The notes beneath the pieces are model-generated. The model made no database searches, was not told the origin of the DNA, and saw only the letters and a list, made by a program, of their open reading frames with translations. A stretch of DNA of 64,000 nt. Origin: Octopus vulgaris. Lineage: Eukaryota. The DNA lies in the NCBI GenBank assembly GCA_951406725.2, contig OX597834.1:5332001-5396000 (forward strand), in the 5' to 3' direction. The position numbers were made by a program, and so were the translations under genes. Within the stretch, counting starts at the first letter, position 1. Every line of letters starts with the position of its first letter. Positions 11,200 through 23,736 of this stretch are shown one piece after another.

Positions 11200-13420
11200 G
11201 ACCAACAGACTGGGAGATGTCTTTATGTATCTCTATTCCAAATAAAAATTAATGTGTGGGGATACAATAATTACAGGACAACTGCCCTCACATCAATGGA
11301 AGTAAAGTATTTTGAAAATTTATTTAAAACTGGATGAAGAAATTTCAGGAAGTAGATCGGTTTCATAACAAAATGGTTTTGAGAAAGGAAGGAGGACAAG
11401 AAATCAATTCTTAAACCTGAAATAGAAAATCTAATCATCTGGGGAGTTCTGTAAAATGGTGTACATGTGTTTGCATTGATTACAACAAAGGTTTTGATTG
11501 TGTTGATCATCAAATATTGTGGATATGGTTGAAAGAAATGAGAGTGAGAGCATTTTACCCTTTTCATACAAAAGAACAAAAAGCTACAGTAAAACAGAAT
11601 TTAGGTGACATAAAATGGTTTATAAAACAAGAAAGGAATTAGTCAAGATTGCATAGCTTCTCTTGTTGGTTTCATATTATGCAGTCACCAAAATAGATAA
11701 GATAGAATGAATTAAAATAAAGGGGAAAGCAATTAAAAATCCGTGACATGCAGGTGTCACAATCCAGGTGGTAAATGAAATGCATTTAAAAAGAATTTTG
11801 GAAAAGTTAATGAAAAGATTAAAGTGAAAATTAACAGACACACAGCTGCCTGTGTGCACTCAAAGCAAAAAAAAAAGATAAACGAACTTCAACTTTAAAG
11901 AAATTTAAGATGGAAATCGAACAAAAGAAATGGTTCTGAGTGTACTACTTCTTTTTACTGTAGTCAAGAAGTAAGAACAGTGCCCATGACTATTTGCAGG
12001 GCATCAAGTCTGGTGAGAGAGATGGGGAGAAGATATCTTTCAATCAGGACTAAAGTTGACAGTTTGTATAAAAGGAAAAAAAAACACCCCATCCAAAAAT
12101 TGAATATTTTAAAAAAATCCAGAAATATCAGCTAGATAATGGCTGGGAGTTAAGTTTACTCGGAGGAACCATCCTCAGTTTCCACCATGACCTCAAGACA
12201 GCTCCAGAACATGGCATACGCATTCTTCACTACGCTCTAGGAAATTTTTTAAATGTCCACTTGATCTCGGCCACCAACTTGGCATTGGTGTCTTTCTCAA
12301 TGGCAGTCCACTCACAGTAATCCATGGGATTAAAATCGAGGGAATTATGAGGCTAGAAATTGGGACGAGTGAAGTGGTACTCATAGACATTCTCTGACTC
12401 AAGAAATACAGGAAGGAGCTGAATCCTGCTACCACACATATACGACTTTCTAGCAGCAACCCTCTCTAGCCAGGTTTTGACCACAATCTCAGGCAAAGCT
12501 GTCGGAAATAAGCCTAAGGCCTTGTTCAAACAAATGGGTATGAACTCCAATGAGCAGATGTGGTCAGAATGCCTGTTGCATCCCTTCCTGTTGGCCACAG
12601 CTTTGTCATTTCCATTGCAGCTGTCCATGTCATGACTTACTGCTTTTACAATGTCCACAAAATATTGAGCAACAATCATAATATCAACATTTTGATACCC
12701 AGCACGAATCATCATAATACAGGTAACCTTTTCCCAATATTGAGGTGGCTCCCAGCCCCTCCATGTCAGCTGACTTTTCTTGACTTAAATCATATACTAT
12801 TCAACGCCGTTGACTGTTCACCAATACATTTGTTCCTGAAAAAATGGTCATAAAATAATAATCAACTTTAACCTGAATACCCTGTTAACACTTGCTTTAG
12901 AGTGTAATATATGAATGGCATCTGGGGTTCCAAGCAGTGGTGTTAATCTGTACAACATAGTAATTCTGCCATTCGAGGCTGATGCTTTCAAGATCAGGAA
13001 AGCTTACCGTCATAGGACTGAAGAAAATTATGAAAGATAAAGAAGTATTGTGCAGAACGAAAGAGAGGTTGTTAAAATAATTGATGATATAACCAGTAAT
13101 GAGATATGGATGTGAAAACTGGACAATTAATAAACAATAACTTAAGAAAATTAATGTATTTAAAATGCTATGTCGGAGAAGATTGTTTGGAATCTCACAG
13201 ACATAAAGAAGAGCAAACAAATCGATACTGCAGCAAGAGAAAACTGACAGTAGACTGTGGAAGAATTGATTTTTTAAACAAAGATTGAAATTTCTTATTA
13301 TGAAGGCCAATAGCATAGAAGGAGAATGAGTACAGAAAAGCTGGAGATTCAAGAGGAAACAGGTCAACCATTGAAAAAGATAAAGCGGAATGTATTGATA
13401 GGATGAAGTGGGGAAAGTGG
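11200..13420 (+). pseudogene. Highly degraded RTE/BovB-like LINE ORF, split by a DNA transposon insertion
   Basis: Remnants TDWEMSLCISIP, NYRTTALTS and DYNKGFDCVDHQILW (11200-11530); PVMRYGCENWTI..KKINVFKMLCRRRL (13090-13190). Confidence 0.6.
12045..12884 (-). mobile_element. Internally deleted maT/DD37D-like Tc1/mariner remnant
   Basis: Minus-strand remnants MIRAGYQN, VVKTWLERVAARKSYM and PHNSLDFNPMDY..WTAIEKDTN; residual TIRs cagg..taaagttga / tcaactttaacctgaataccctg. Confidence 0.6.
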
Positions 13421-13732
13421 GACAATATCCTTTAATGAACTCTGGATGTGTTGGACGAATAGAAAGAATCAAAGGAAATGTATCAATTGAGATTGTGAAA
13501 ATTTGAATATCACTTAGGGGGGTGGGTGCATACAAAAATGTGGTATCGAAGATATGAACAGGTATGCGTAGGTATGAACAGGCGCGCTTACACGATGGCT
13601 ATGAACTTTTTACCCCCTTTACTCCCTTACTTAGCGGTCATTCAAATAGCTCTTTTGTCTTAATAACGGTCAATAACACAGTAATTTCCCTTTGTATAAC
13701 GGTCATTTTTTATAGCGTTTTTCCGATGGCCG

Positions 13733-13793
13733 GATGACTGAAGAGATGGCGGCGTGGATTTCTACCTCAGCATCTGAAACTCGGAGTTTCATC
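13733..13793 (+). ncRNA. Type I hammerhead ribozyme, near-canonical (family HH-C)
   Basis: GATGA-CTGAAGA-GATG..CATC-(T)-GAA-ACTCGGAGT-T-TCATC; one extra nt before GAA. Confidence 0.7.
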
Positions 13794-13933
13794 ATGGCTA
13801 ACGAATAATTGTTACATATTACATTTACAGATAAATTCCGATATTTACATAATATCGAGGTCTCTTTCTTTCTTTTGTTATCTTACCGTTTTTATCAATA
13901 TATATATATATATATGTGGGGGAGAGAGAAAGT

Positions 13934-14393
<460 letters not shown>

Positions 14394-14698
14394 GAAAGTG
14401 CATACACACACGCACTTTCCCTCTCTCTCTTACTCACACACGCACACACACGTATTTCTAAAGGAAATTAGTAGCAGACATAAAGAGTGCACTGTTTGTT
14501 CTGGATCTATGATCTCTGAAGTTCAAATCCCGCCAAAATCAACATTCCATTTTATCATAACGGATTTAATACAGCGAAATGCTCAGTTGTTTTTTTTTCC
14601 TCTTACATTCACCGTGACATAGTTTTCTGGAATTACAAACAGCAGCCCTTTATTCAGAAAGTGAGAAGGGTTGAAGGAAACATGGGAGAGTCCTCGTC

Positions 14699-14722
14699 AC
14701 CCTAACCCTAACCCTAACCCTA
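14699..14722. repeat. Interstitial telomere-type repeat (CCCTAA)4
   Basis: ccctaaccctaaccctaaccctaa. Confidence 0.85.
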
Positions 14723-14804
14723 AGCAGCTTTACAAAGAGGGACAGAGCAGCACAGAAGAGAAATAAAGAAAACAAATTATAAAATGATGTTAGATATTAT
14801 AAGA

Positions 14805-15370
14805 AGGAGTTCACGGAGCATACGGAAAAAGTCTGTGAGATTGTTATTTTATAAAGAGAGAATAACTGGCAAAAGAGGGGAAAATCTTGCACAGTAAAAG
14901 CAGCGGAAGTTGGCGCAGAAAGGTTTGTTATTTCACACATGTAGCAAGTCGTAGGTCAGCTTAGAATCAGAAGCTGCAAAAGAACAGTGACAACGATGAA
15001 ACGCCTGTCAGGGAAAGATGAAAAGAGCTCAATGCGGTTACAGGTAAATAGAAGGAAATAGCTGGAGCTGAAAAGGAATACAGCGAGCCGTTAGACATAG
15101 TTGGAGGGACATCCCGTTTCAAATAGATCCAAAAGTCTTGCGGTGTTCTTCGTGGCCAAGTGACATACACCATAGTTAAAAATAGAAAAAAGATCACGCA
15201 AAGGTTCCAAGTTCAGTCCGCGATGAAGGTGGCATTTCAGAAACAGCGGGGGGGGGGCACCTAAGGGTCATGAACTAGGGAGACTAGATCTCGAAGATTG
15301 CCAGGAACTAACGGGTCGAAATACTTGCCTAACGGGGGTTCTTTCTCTGAAGATGTCATCAACTGTCTAC
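14805..15370 (+). pseudogene. Possible degraded 3' end of a HERO/RLE-type non-LTR retrotransposon
   Basis: KAAEVGAERFV..QLRIR..MKRLSGKDEKSSMRL..RRK* resembles the HERO C-terminal VEVGxRGFV..LSExAExSSxW motif. Confidence 0.4.
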
Positions 15371-15431
15371 TTGCGCCACATCGAGTTTCCACTTATACTC
15401 ACACACACACAAATACACACACTTATATATA

Positions 15432-15946
15432 TCTATATATATAAAACTGTAGTTGTGTGAGTGTCTGTCCCCTTCGATTTAGATTCCTAACTACTCCCAC
15501 ATTTTGCGGTGCAGTTTAACCAAATTCGGCTATCTTATAGTCGTGATTCATATCAAGCCCGTCTGAGTATTAGCGCGCGTCTACGATGAGTCTACGATTT
15601 TAAAAATATTTTAACATCATTTTTTATTCCATTTTAATGCATAATTTTTCATGTGTCGATGGCGGCGGAGTTGGCGTCCACGCTCAAACACCTGCACCTG
15701 TTTGCTTCTCCCCCTTCTTCCCTCCCTTGTGAAGCTGTGGGGAAGGGAGTGTAAGGAAATCAACGTCGTAATGTGTTGTCAAGGAGACCAGCGTTCTTTT
15801 AGAACAACGACTTCATGGCTTGAAGACACCAAAACAGAAATGGCTAAGAAAGCCCGAATTGGCATCTATAAGGGAAGTAACTCTCTAAAAATGCTTATAT
15901 AGTTATTTCCCTTACAAACCCGAGCAACGCCGGGCGATACTGCTAG
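15432..15946 (+). mobile_element. Non-autonomous Helitron (about 515 bp)
   Basis: A|TC 5' end (tctatatatataaa); 3' hairpin cccgagcaacgccggg followed by CTAG|T; no TSD. Confidence 0.8.
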
Positions 15947-16156
15947 TATATAAATCAAGTTCCACACACATAAACAAACACGCATACATCTGTATATGTG
16001 TGTATACATGCATACATACATTTATACATATATACATCTACACTCACGCACACACTCGCACACACATAGACACACATACACATCTATACACATACATATA
16101 TGTGTATTAATGTATGTATAACATGTGTGAGCGTGTGTGTTTTTGTATATTTATAT

Positions 16157-16428
16157 AGGCGCAGGAGTGGCTGTGTGGTAAGTAGCTTGCTTACCAACCA
16201 CATGGTTCCGGGTTCAGGCTGGTTTCAACATTCTGCTAAGAGTTTGGGTGCTAAATGCAGCGCAGGAGTGGCTGTGTGGTGAGTAGCTTGCTTACCAGCC
16301 ACATGGTTCCGGGTTCAGTCCCACTGTGTGGCTCCTTGGGCAAGTGTCTTCTACTATAGCCTCGGGCCGACCAAAGCCTTGTGAGTGGATTTGGTAGACG
16401 GAAACTGAAAGAAGCCCATCGTATATAT

Positions 16429-16459
<31 letters not shown>

Positions 16460-16668
16460 CGTGTATATGTTTGTGTGTCTGTGTCTGTCCCCCTAGCATT
16501 GCTTGACAACCGATGCTGGTGTGTTTATGTCCCCGTCACTTAGCGGTTCAGCAAAAGAGACCGATAGAATAAGTACTGGGCTTACAAAGAATAAGTCCCG
16601 GTGTCGAGTTGCTCGATTAAAGGCGGTGCTCCAGCATGGCCGCAGTCAAATGACTGAAACAAGTAAAA
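16157..16668 (+). mobile_element. SINE A, preceded by a duplicated 60-bp head fragment (16157-16216)
   Basis: Similarity to the 2798-3218 copy. Confidence 0.88.
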
Positions 16669-17355
16669 AAAAAAATACATTTATATTTATACACGCAAGC
16701 ATGTAATATGTAGACGTATATATTACAGTATATATTGTGCAATATATACTGCAAATACACATAAGAATATACTGCAATTAGATGTTTGCTCTTATGTAGA
16801 ATTTAATGTTGATTTCGTAGTTTATTAATTGCAACATTTTATCAGCATTCAAAGTAATTCTTTGCACTTGTTTTGTATCAGTGGCTAATTTATATTTTGA
16901 ATAGTATACAATAATATTTGGTATCTTAAGTATTCTCTAAATGTAAAATATTAGAGAAAATAGGAAAAAAAAAAGAAAAAAGAAAAAGAAAACTAAATAA
17001 ATAATATACAACAAATATTCAATTTCATTCTGTTTAAGTTTATGGAGAAAAAGGAAAAAAAAACAAAACTTCAATGCTTCCTGACATTTCGAAAATATTC
17101 TGAAAAATATTTTGGAAATCATCCAATGACTTGCACTGGAATTATATTGATATTTGAGTTAGATAAAATATATTTCTGAATAGATTTATTGCGAATTTTG
17201 CTGCAGGAGAATGGAATTGAAAAGTGTATATCTTAGTATTCAAATTACATCCCATCTCTTGTAGCACTAAAACAGATGCAGAAGAATTATATATTAGATT
17301 TTTTATACGAATGATTTTCTGTAGTTAATAAGAACTAAAAACTGAATACACCCCA

Positions 17356-17447
<92 letters not shown>

Positions 17448-17677
17448 ATAATATAACACGAGGAGGGAGGATATAAGGGTTTAATAGTTGATCATAGCGT
17501 TTGTTTATGCACCACACACCAGCTTTAAGTTGGTGAGTTTAATATTCATATATCATTATAGAAGATCCTGCTATATAATTACCATATATTTGAACATTTT
17601 CAGCAACACCTATGTGTAGGCGCTTCATCGGGTGAAATACAATTAAATCTTGTTGGAATTTTCTTAAATGCACATTA

Positions 17678-17702
17678 CGAAGTGTCTACTCGAATTATAC
17701 GA

Positions 17703-17798
<96 letters not shown>

Positions 17799-19199
17799 AG
17801 CTTGCAGATAAATTGAAACAATTTTACAATGCATAAAACTAGTAATAATTACTAAAATAATTGTAGTGGACAGATTATACACCTATAATTTTAATGTAAC
17901 ATTTATTACAAAAAACAAAAGAAAACACATATCATTCAATATGGCTGCTCTTTTGGCCAATTACTGCCTTCACGCGAGGACGAAATTTTTACGCAGCTGC
18001 CGCAACCTCTCCCCTTTTGATTTTCCATGCCGTACCCACGATGTAGATCTTCAAACTGTTGACACTTGAAAGTGGTGAAGCATCCGTCCTTAATTGAAGT
18101 ACGCGCCATAAAAAGTAATCAAACAAGTTGAGATCTGCGCTATTACTGGTACATATGCAGTTCCTCACAAAAAATGGCTCCTTGTCACCAAGGAAGGCCT
18201 CTGTTGCTTTTGACCTATGGCATAGTGCAGAATTCTGGACAAGCACCACATTGTCAAACCCAAACTTCTGCATCATACAAGGTAACAGGGAGTTCTTCAC
18301 GATGTCCAGATACTCCTCTGTGACGATCTTCAAGCCAGACTCAATGAAGGGTGGATCCATGACACGTTCCTCACTCGTCATGGCTCCAAATAACACCACA
18401 GAGGTAGAATTTTCTTAGTCGCAAACAGTGGGGGACGTCAGAAGTGTTGTATGCAATCACTAAAGTATTTCTGCGATCCACCTCAGCGTCCACAATGAAC
18501 TTCTTCTCGTCCACAATGGACTTCTTCTCGTCCACAAACACAGGAGTTTTTCCTGCACCTTGATGCTTGATGAAGGGTGGACATTTTGAGCATCTCTCAG
18601 CCCTGATTGTTTTGGCCTTGGAGGTGACGGCGTCGCCGATAACCATGCCACGATTGCTGGTCACAGCTCTGGACACCGTGGAGAGGAACACGTTGCGTTT
18701 CTTTCCAAGAGTTGTCATAGATGTGGATGGGCTTGGCTTCAAGTCAAGCGTTTGAGGCCAGTGAGAAATTTTGGATTGCATTTGGAATCACTTCGAGTCT
18801 TGTGTTCTTTACAATCATTCTTTTTCTCTTCTTTAAATTGTTTATACACGCGATAAAATGTTGATTTTGGAAGTTTCCATCAACAATACAATTTTATTGG
18901 CGTTGTGCCCGGTGCAAGTCGAAACAACAATGGCGGAACTATTCTGTTGTTCCACGACTTTCTCTTGTTGAATCAGTTACCTGAAAAATAAAGAGGAGAA
19001 GTAGAAGATTAAGGAAGCAAGATTTTGACAAAAAATGAAATGTTAAACCCACTAAGTCAACTGCTTAAACTTGGTCTCAAATTGTTTTTTGTAATAAATG
19101 TTACATTAAAATTATAGCTGTATAATCTGTCCACTACCATTACTTTAGTATTTATTACTAGTTTTATGCATAGTAAAATTGTTTCAATTTATCTGCAAG

Positions 19200-19236
<37 letters not shown>

Positions 19237-19263
19237 ACATCGTATAATTTCAGTAGACATCTG
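17678..19263 (-). mobile_element. maT (DD37D) Tc1/mariner element with long TIRs, decayed transposase
   Basis: Inverted arms 17798-17918 / 19082-19202; minus-strand VFVDEKKFIVD and VQN(D)SA-37 aa-DLNLFDYFLW, giving DD37D spacing. Confidence 0.8.
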
Positions 19264-19458
19264 CAAGACTATATACATACATACATACGTGTGTTTGTGT
19301 GTGTATGAGAATGTTACATGTAAACATGAACAAATAGTGGGGATTATATTACGACTGTCTCATACTCTTCATGTGTGCAAAGAGAATAAGATGTGTTTTC
19401 ATCTGTGGAAAGTTTTACCGTGGAGGCTTTGTAAACAGCAGCTTAAATTCGTTTTTAA

Positions 19459-19840
19459 GGCGCAGGAGTGGCTGTGTGGTAAGTAGCTTGCTTACCAACC
19501 ACATTGTTCCGGATTCAGTCCCACTGCGTGGCGCCTTGGGAAAGTGTCTTCTACTATAGCCCCGGGCCGACCAATGCCTTGCGGGTGGATTTGGTAGACG
19601 GAAACTGAAAGAAGTCCGTCGTATATATATATATATGTGTGTGTCTGCGTTTGTCCCCCCAACATCGCTTGACAACCGATGCTGGTATGTTTACGTCCCC
19701 GTTACTTAGCGGTTCGGCAAAAGAGACCGATAGAATAAGTGCTAGGCTTACAAAGAATAAGTCCTGGGGTCGATTTGCTCGACTAAAAAGACGGTGCTCC
19801 AGCATGGCCGCACTCGAATGACTGAAACGAATAAAAGAGT
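19459..19840 (+). mobile_element. SINE A
   Basis: Similarity to the 2798-3218 copy. Confidence 0.88.
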
Positions 19841-19891
19841 AGTACATATTAGTAGATATTCCGCTTTATTAAATATTTATTAACGTACAGG

Positions 19892-19941
<50 letters not shown>

Positions 19942-21466
19942 CACACACACATACATACATAGAGTACATGTAATCCAAATATGGAAAGAAAAGGAAATGT
20001 TTTTAAAGCATGAAGAGAAACAAATCCTACCCCCAACTCCTCTCAACAACTTATAAACCCTACAATCTTGTCAATTCTTTTGTTCTCTCTCACTTGCAGC
20101 TACCCCATGGAGTTTATCTCCGAATAATTTACTCCTTTTCTCTCACCCTTACTTGCTGCATTTCCCTTCTACCTTCATGCCAACAACCAAGTCCTCTGCT
20201 TTTAATCTTTCCAACCGGCTTCTCCCAGTCCCTGTTTACTCTACTTAGCAATATCTCTTCACTCTGTTCACAATGACGGCTGCAATACTCTTGGTATTTG
20301 TACATCTATTTTTCCGACGGCAACAAGTCGTCTTTCCTCTCAGATCGACTTTTCACTGAATATATCTATAAAAAATATGCGCACATACTGCTGAAAATAT
20401 AACATCTATACACATACTTCTCTTTCAGTAACTTCACTGTTAGAGGAAGATAAAACAGTTTTATGCAACTTAGTTCTCATACTTTTTGAAAAGAACACAC
20501 TTATCTAAAAATACGGTGGACTTCAACAAACCTACATATCATGATTCCTTTGAATAAAATCATAAGTCATAAAATATATACATATACTTTAGATTATGGA
20601 TTAGCTGAAATATACTTAAAAGTAAATGTGGTACTTAAATTTTATTTTTATTAAAATGTGACTTCTATGACTTTTTATGACGATGCCTTAATTGTCCCCA
20701 AGAGAAAATTCAAAGCTACTATTACACATCTTTTAATTTTTTACATGCTTCAATCAACATTTGGATAGTTTTCTGAAAATCGTTCTAAAACACGAGTTGT
20801 TTCATTAACATTTTTAGATAAAACTTCTATTAAGCCAGATGCGGAGAAATCTTTTCTCTTCTATGAGATCTAACCACTTTCTGTTTCTGTTAATTCCTTA
20901 AAGTTTTCCCTGATGCAGAGTGTATGTGTGTGTGTGCGTGCGTGGGTCTTGCTATCAGTACGCGAATAAAATTTGACTATCATCATATCACCAGCAACAC
21001 TTTCAAATCTTATGATTTGCTCAAACGGTATATGGTTGTTACCACTCTACAGACTGTTTTACTTGCTACCCTACAACTGGATATAATTTTCTCCAATTTA
21101 TCACCAAGAAATTTAATGTTGTTGCTTTTTTTTTTGTATTACTTGAATAAATATAATTTGTCCAGAATTCTTTGACAACTGATATTTATCAACTGACTTA
21201 GATTAATTCTAATATAATGTCTTGAACTGAGAGAACTCCCTAAACTACAGTCTATGGATTGTAGTTTTGAAGTTATATTTCGAGTAAAGGAAACGACTTG
21301 AAAAGGCACCCATGTTTGGAGTGAATTGAGATTGCTAAATGCTCGGGAGTGTTGTCTAGAGATAGATGTGCCTGAGGCCTGAAATTTTTTTTTCTCGTGA
21401 TAACGTTTGACCGCAAATTTCAGTAAACAAATCCTGAGCAGCCAAATAATTTCTGTTACATTACTA

Positions 21467-21986
21467 GGATCTTTTCTAAAAGATGGACAGAATTTTCTAC
21501 TTAACTAAATAATTTGAAACTTCGTATACTGGTAGAATGTGTCAAAAGAAAACATTAATTAACATACACAACAATAACACACACACACACAACAAACACA
21601 CACACGCATACACAACAATAACACACACACACACACACAACAAACACACACACGCACACACATACACAACAAAGACACACACACACACAGGTAATCGTTC
21701 CGTAAGTCAGGGATGACATTGAAATAAACATGCGAGAAGCCTTTGAAGACAGAAAACAGAAGACAGTGATAAGGATGAATAACACGGCAGCAAATGAATT
21801 GAGCTCAAAACAGAGAATACGATTGGTTAAGATTCGAAGAATTAAACTACGTAAAAGTTACAAAATACATTTTTCTCAAAAAAACTAATTGAAATTAATG
21901 TTTTCTATTGACACATTCTACCAGTATACGAAGTTTCAAATTATTTAGTTGAGTAGAAAATTCTGTCCATCTTTTAGAAAAGATCC
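21467..21986. mobile_element. MITE with about 95-bp TIRs, GGATC termini and 8-bp TSD CATTACTA
   Basis: TIRs ggatcttttctaaaagatgg... / ...ccatcttttagaaaagatcc; TSD at 21459-21466 and 21987-21994. Confidence 0.85.
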
Positions 21987-22675
21987 CATTACTATAGAAC
22001 AGACAAGATTTGGGACACGTTTCATATCACTTCAAGAATTAGAAAGATCGATTTGCAATAGCTTAATTTTCGAGTCACAATTGGTGCTTGCTCCCTAAGA
22101 AAATGAGATAATCTTTTGCTGCTTTATATTATCCAGTTATCATTTCCTACAGTGAATAAAAGATTTAGAGGGCAAATATTTTCTAAATATCCTACATCCG
22201 TTCCTATTTAAAAACAGTTTTCTTTTTCCTTCAGCTGTGCGGGGAATTTTGATGCAGTCCCGATGTCATTACAATCGGATTCCTAAGTTATTCTAATACA
22301 AGTGAGATTAAATCGTTGCATGGACTTTTCAAACCAGTAACAAACCCCCCCCCCCCAGAAAATATGAGTGATTTCCTGAGATTTATCATGTTTCAACTGA
22401 TTCAGTAACTATAACACTTTGCTTGTTAAAAGCTTTGGAGTGTGGTAAGTGACAATGTGATGCGGAATCCACTTAGGCGTGTCGTCTTCCCATATTTGCT
22501 ATGAGTTTATTATGCGCGCTTGAGAGTTCTAAACGTGTTACGCTCACTTAACGTTAGCATGATGACATTTATACTGTCACGTTGATTCCTTGTTGCTTTT
22601 GTTTGTTAAAAGTTGGCAGTGCAAGTCCTGATGAATCCATAACATTTCTCTTTCCATACTATTGTTCTCTTGTAT

Positions 22676-23065
22676 GTGGAGGCGCAATGGCCCAGTGGTT
22701 AGGGCAGTGGACTCGCGGTCGTAGGATCGCGGTTTCGATTCCCAGACCGGGCGTTGTGAGTGTTTATTGAGCGAAAACACCTAAAAGCTCCACGAGGCTA
22801 CGGCAGGGGATGGTGGTGATCCCTGCTGTACTCTTTCACCACAACTTTCTCTCACTCTTACTTCCTGTTTCTGTTGTACCTGTATTTCAAAGGGCCGGCC
22901 TTGTCACTCTCTGTGTCACGCTGAATATCCCCGAGAACTACGTTAAGGGTACGCGTGTCTGTGGAGTGCTCAGCCACTTACACGTTAATTTCACGAGCAG
23001 TCTGTTCCGTTGATTCGGATCAACCGGAACCCTCGTCTTCGTAACCGACGGAGTGCTTCCATCCA
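22676..23065 (+). mobile_element. tRNA-derived SINE B long-tail subfamily (OR1-like)
   Basis: tRNA-like head tggcccagtggttagg...ggtttcgattccc; near-identical to 34738-35125 and 61752-62131. Confidence 0.9.
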
Positions 23066-23269
23066 TTCTCTTTTATAATCTTTATTTTGGTATCTTGCGA
23101 AACATAATTGTTACGTCGCACGTTCGGAAGCCTTCTACCCAACGCTACTACTCCACTCTGACTCTCTGACGTCTAGGTTTCTCCCACTATATCTACGTAT
23201 TGGGCTAGCCTAATTCACCGTCTGGGGGCGTCCACGCAACAATAATAAAATAGTAAATGTACTGAAATA

Positions 23270-23692
23270 GGATCTTTTCAGTTTGAACGGCAGTTTTTAA
23301 CATAATTTCTAGGTAACTAAAAAATTTTAAACTTCGTATAATGGTAGAATGTGTTTATAAAACATCTTTTTCTCTTGGCTTTATTGAGAAAATTCTATAG
23401 TTTGTAAGATATTTGTTGTTTTTTTCTTCAATTTCTGCAATTTCAACCAAACACTGACGTCTATTGAGTTAAAAAGCATTTTGTGCCGTATGAATATGTC
23501 CCTCGTTTAAGAAACAGATTGGGTTTATTTACATTTCTGAAACAAAAAATACCCTCCCCCCACCCCTAACCCTAACTAACCTTAACCCTAAAACAAATTG
23601 AAATGCAATAGATCGATTCTAAGGTCATAATTATGGGTGACAATTTCATATGACACCGCTAGAAAAAACTGCCGTTTAAACCGAAATGATCC
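23270..23692. mobile_element. MITE with GGATC termini, 8-bp TSD CTGAAATA and internal (CCCTAA)n
   Basis: TIRs ggatcttttcagtttgaacggcagttttt / aaaaactgccgtttaaaccgaaatgatcc; shares aaacttcgtataNtggtagaatgtgt with the 21467 MITE. Confidence 0.82.
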
Positions 23693-23736
23693 CTGAAATA
23701 TGCTGTACTGTAAGATATTACGAAATCCTACACATA

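Noticed and set aside
17588-17640. Minus-strand CCGATGA-AGC..GCT-GAAA hammerhead-like motif
   Set aside because: Stem I does not pair adjacent to the core and stem III is poor; at best a decayed relic
22676-22755. tRNA-like sequence
   Set aside because: Head of a multi-copy SINE with no proper acceptor stem; not a tRNA gene
22621-23122. CTGATGA at 22628 and GAAACATAATTGT after the SINE as a split hammerhead
   Set aside because: No convincing stem II or stem I pairing after removing the SINE
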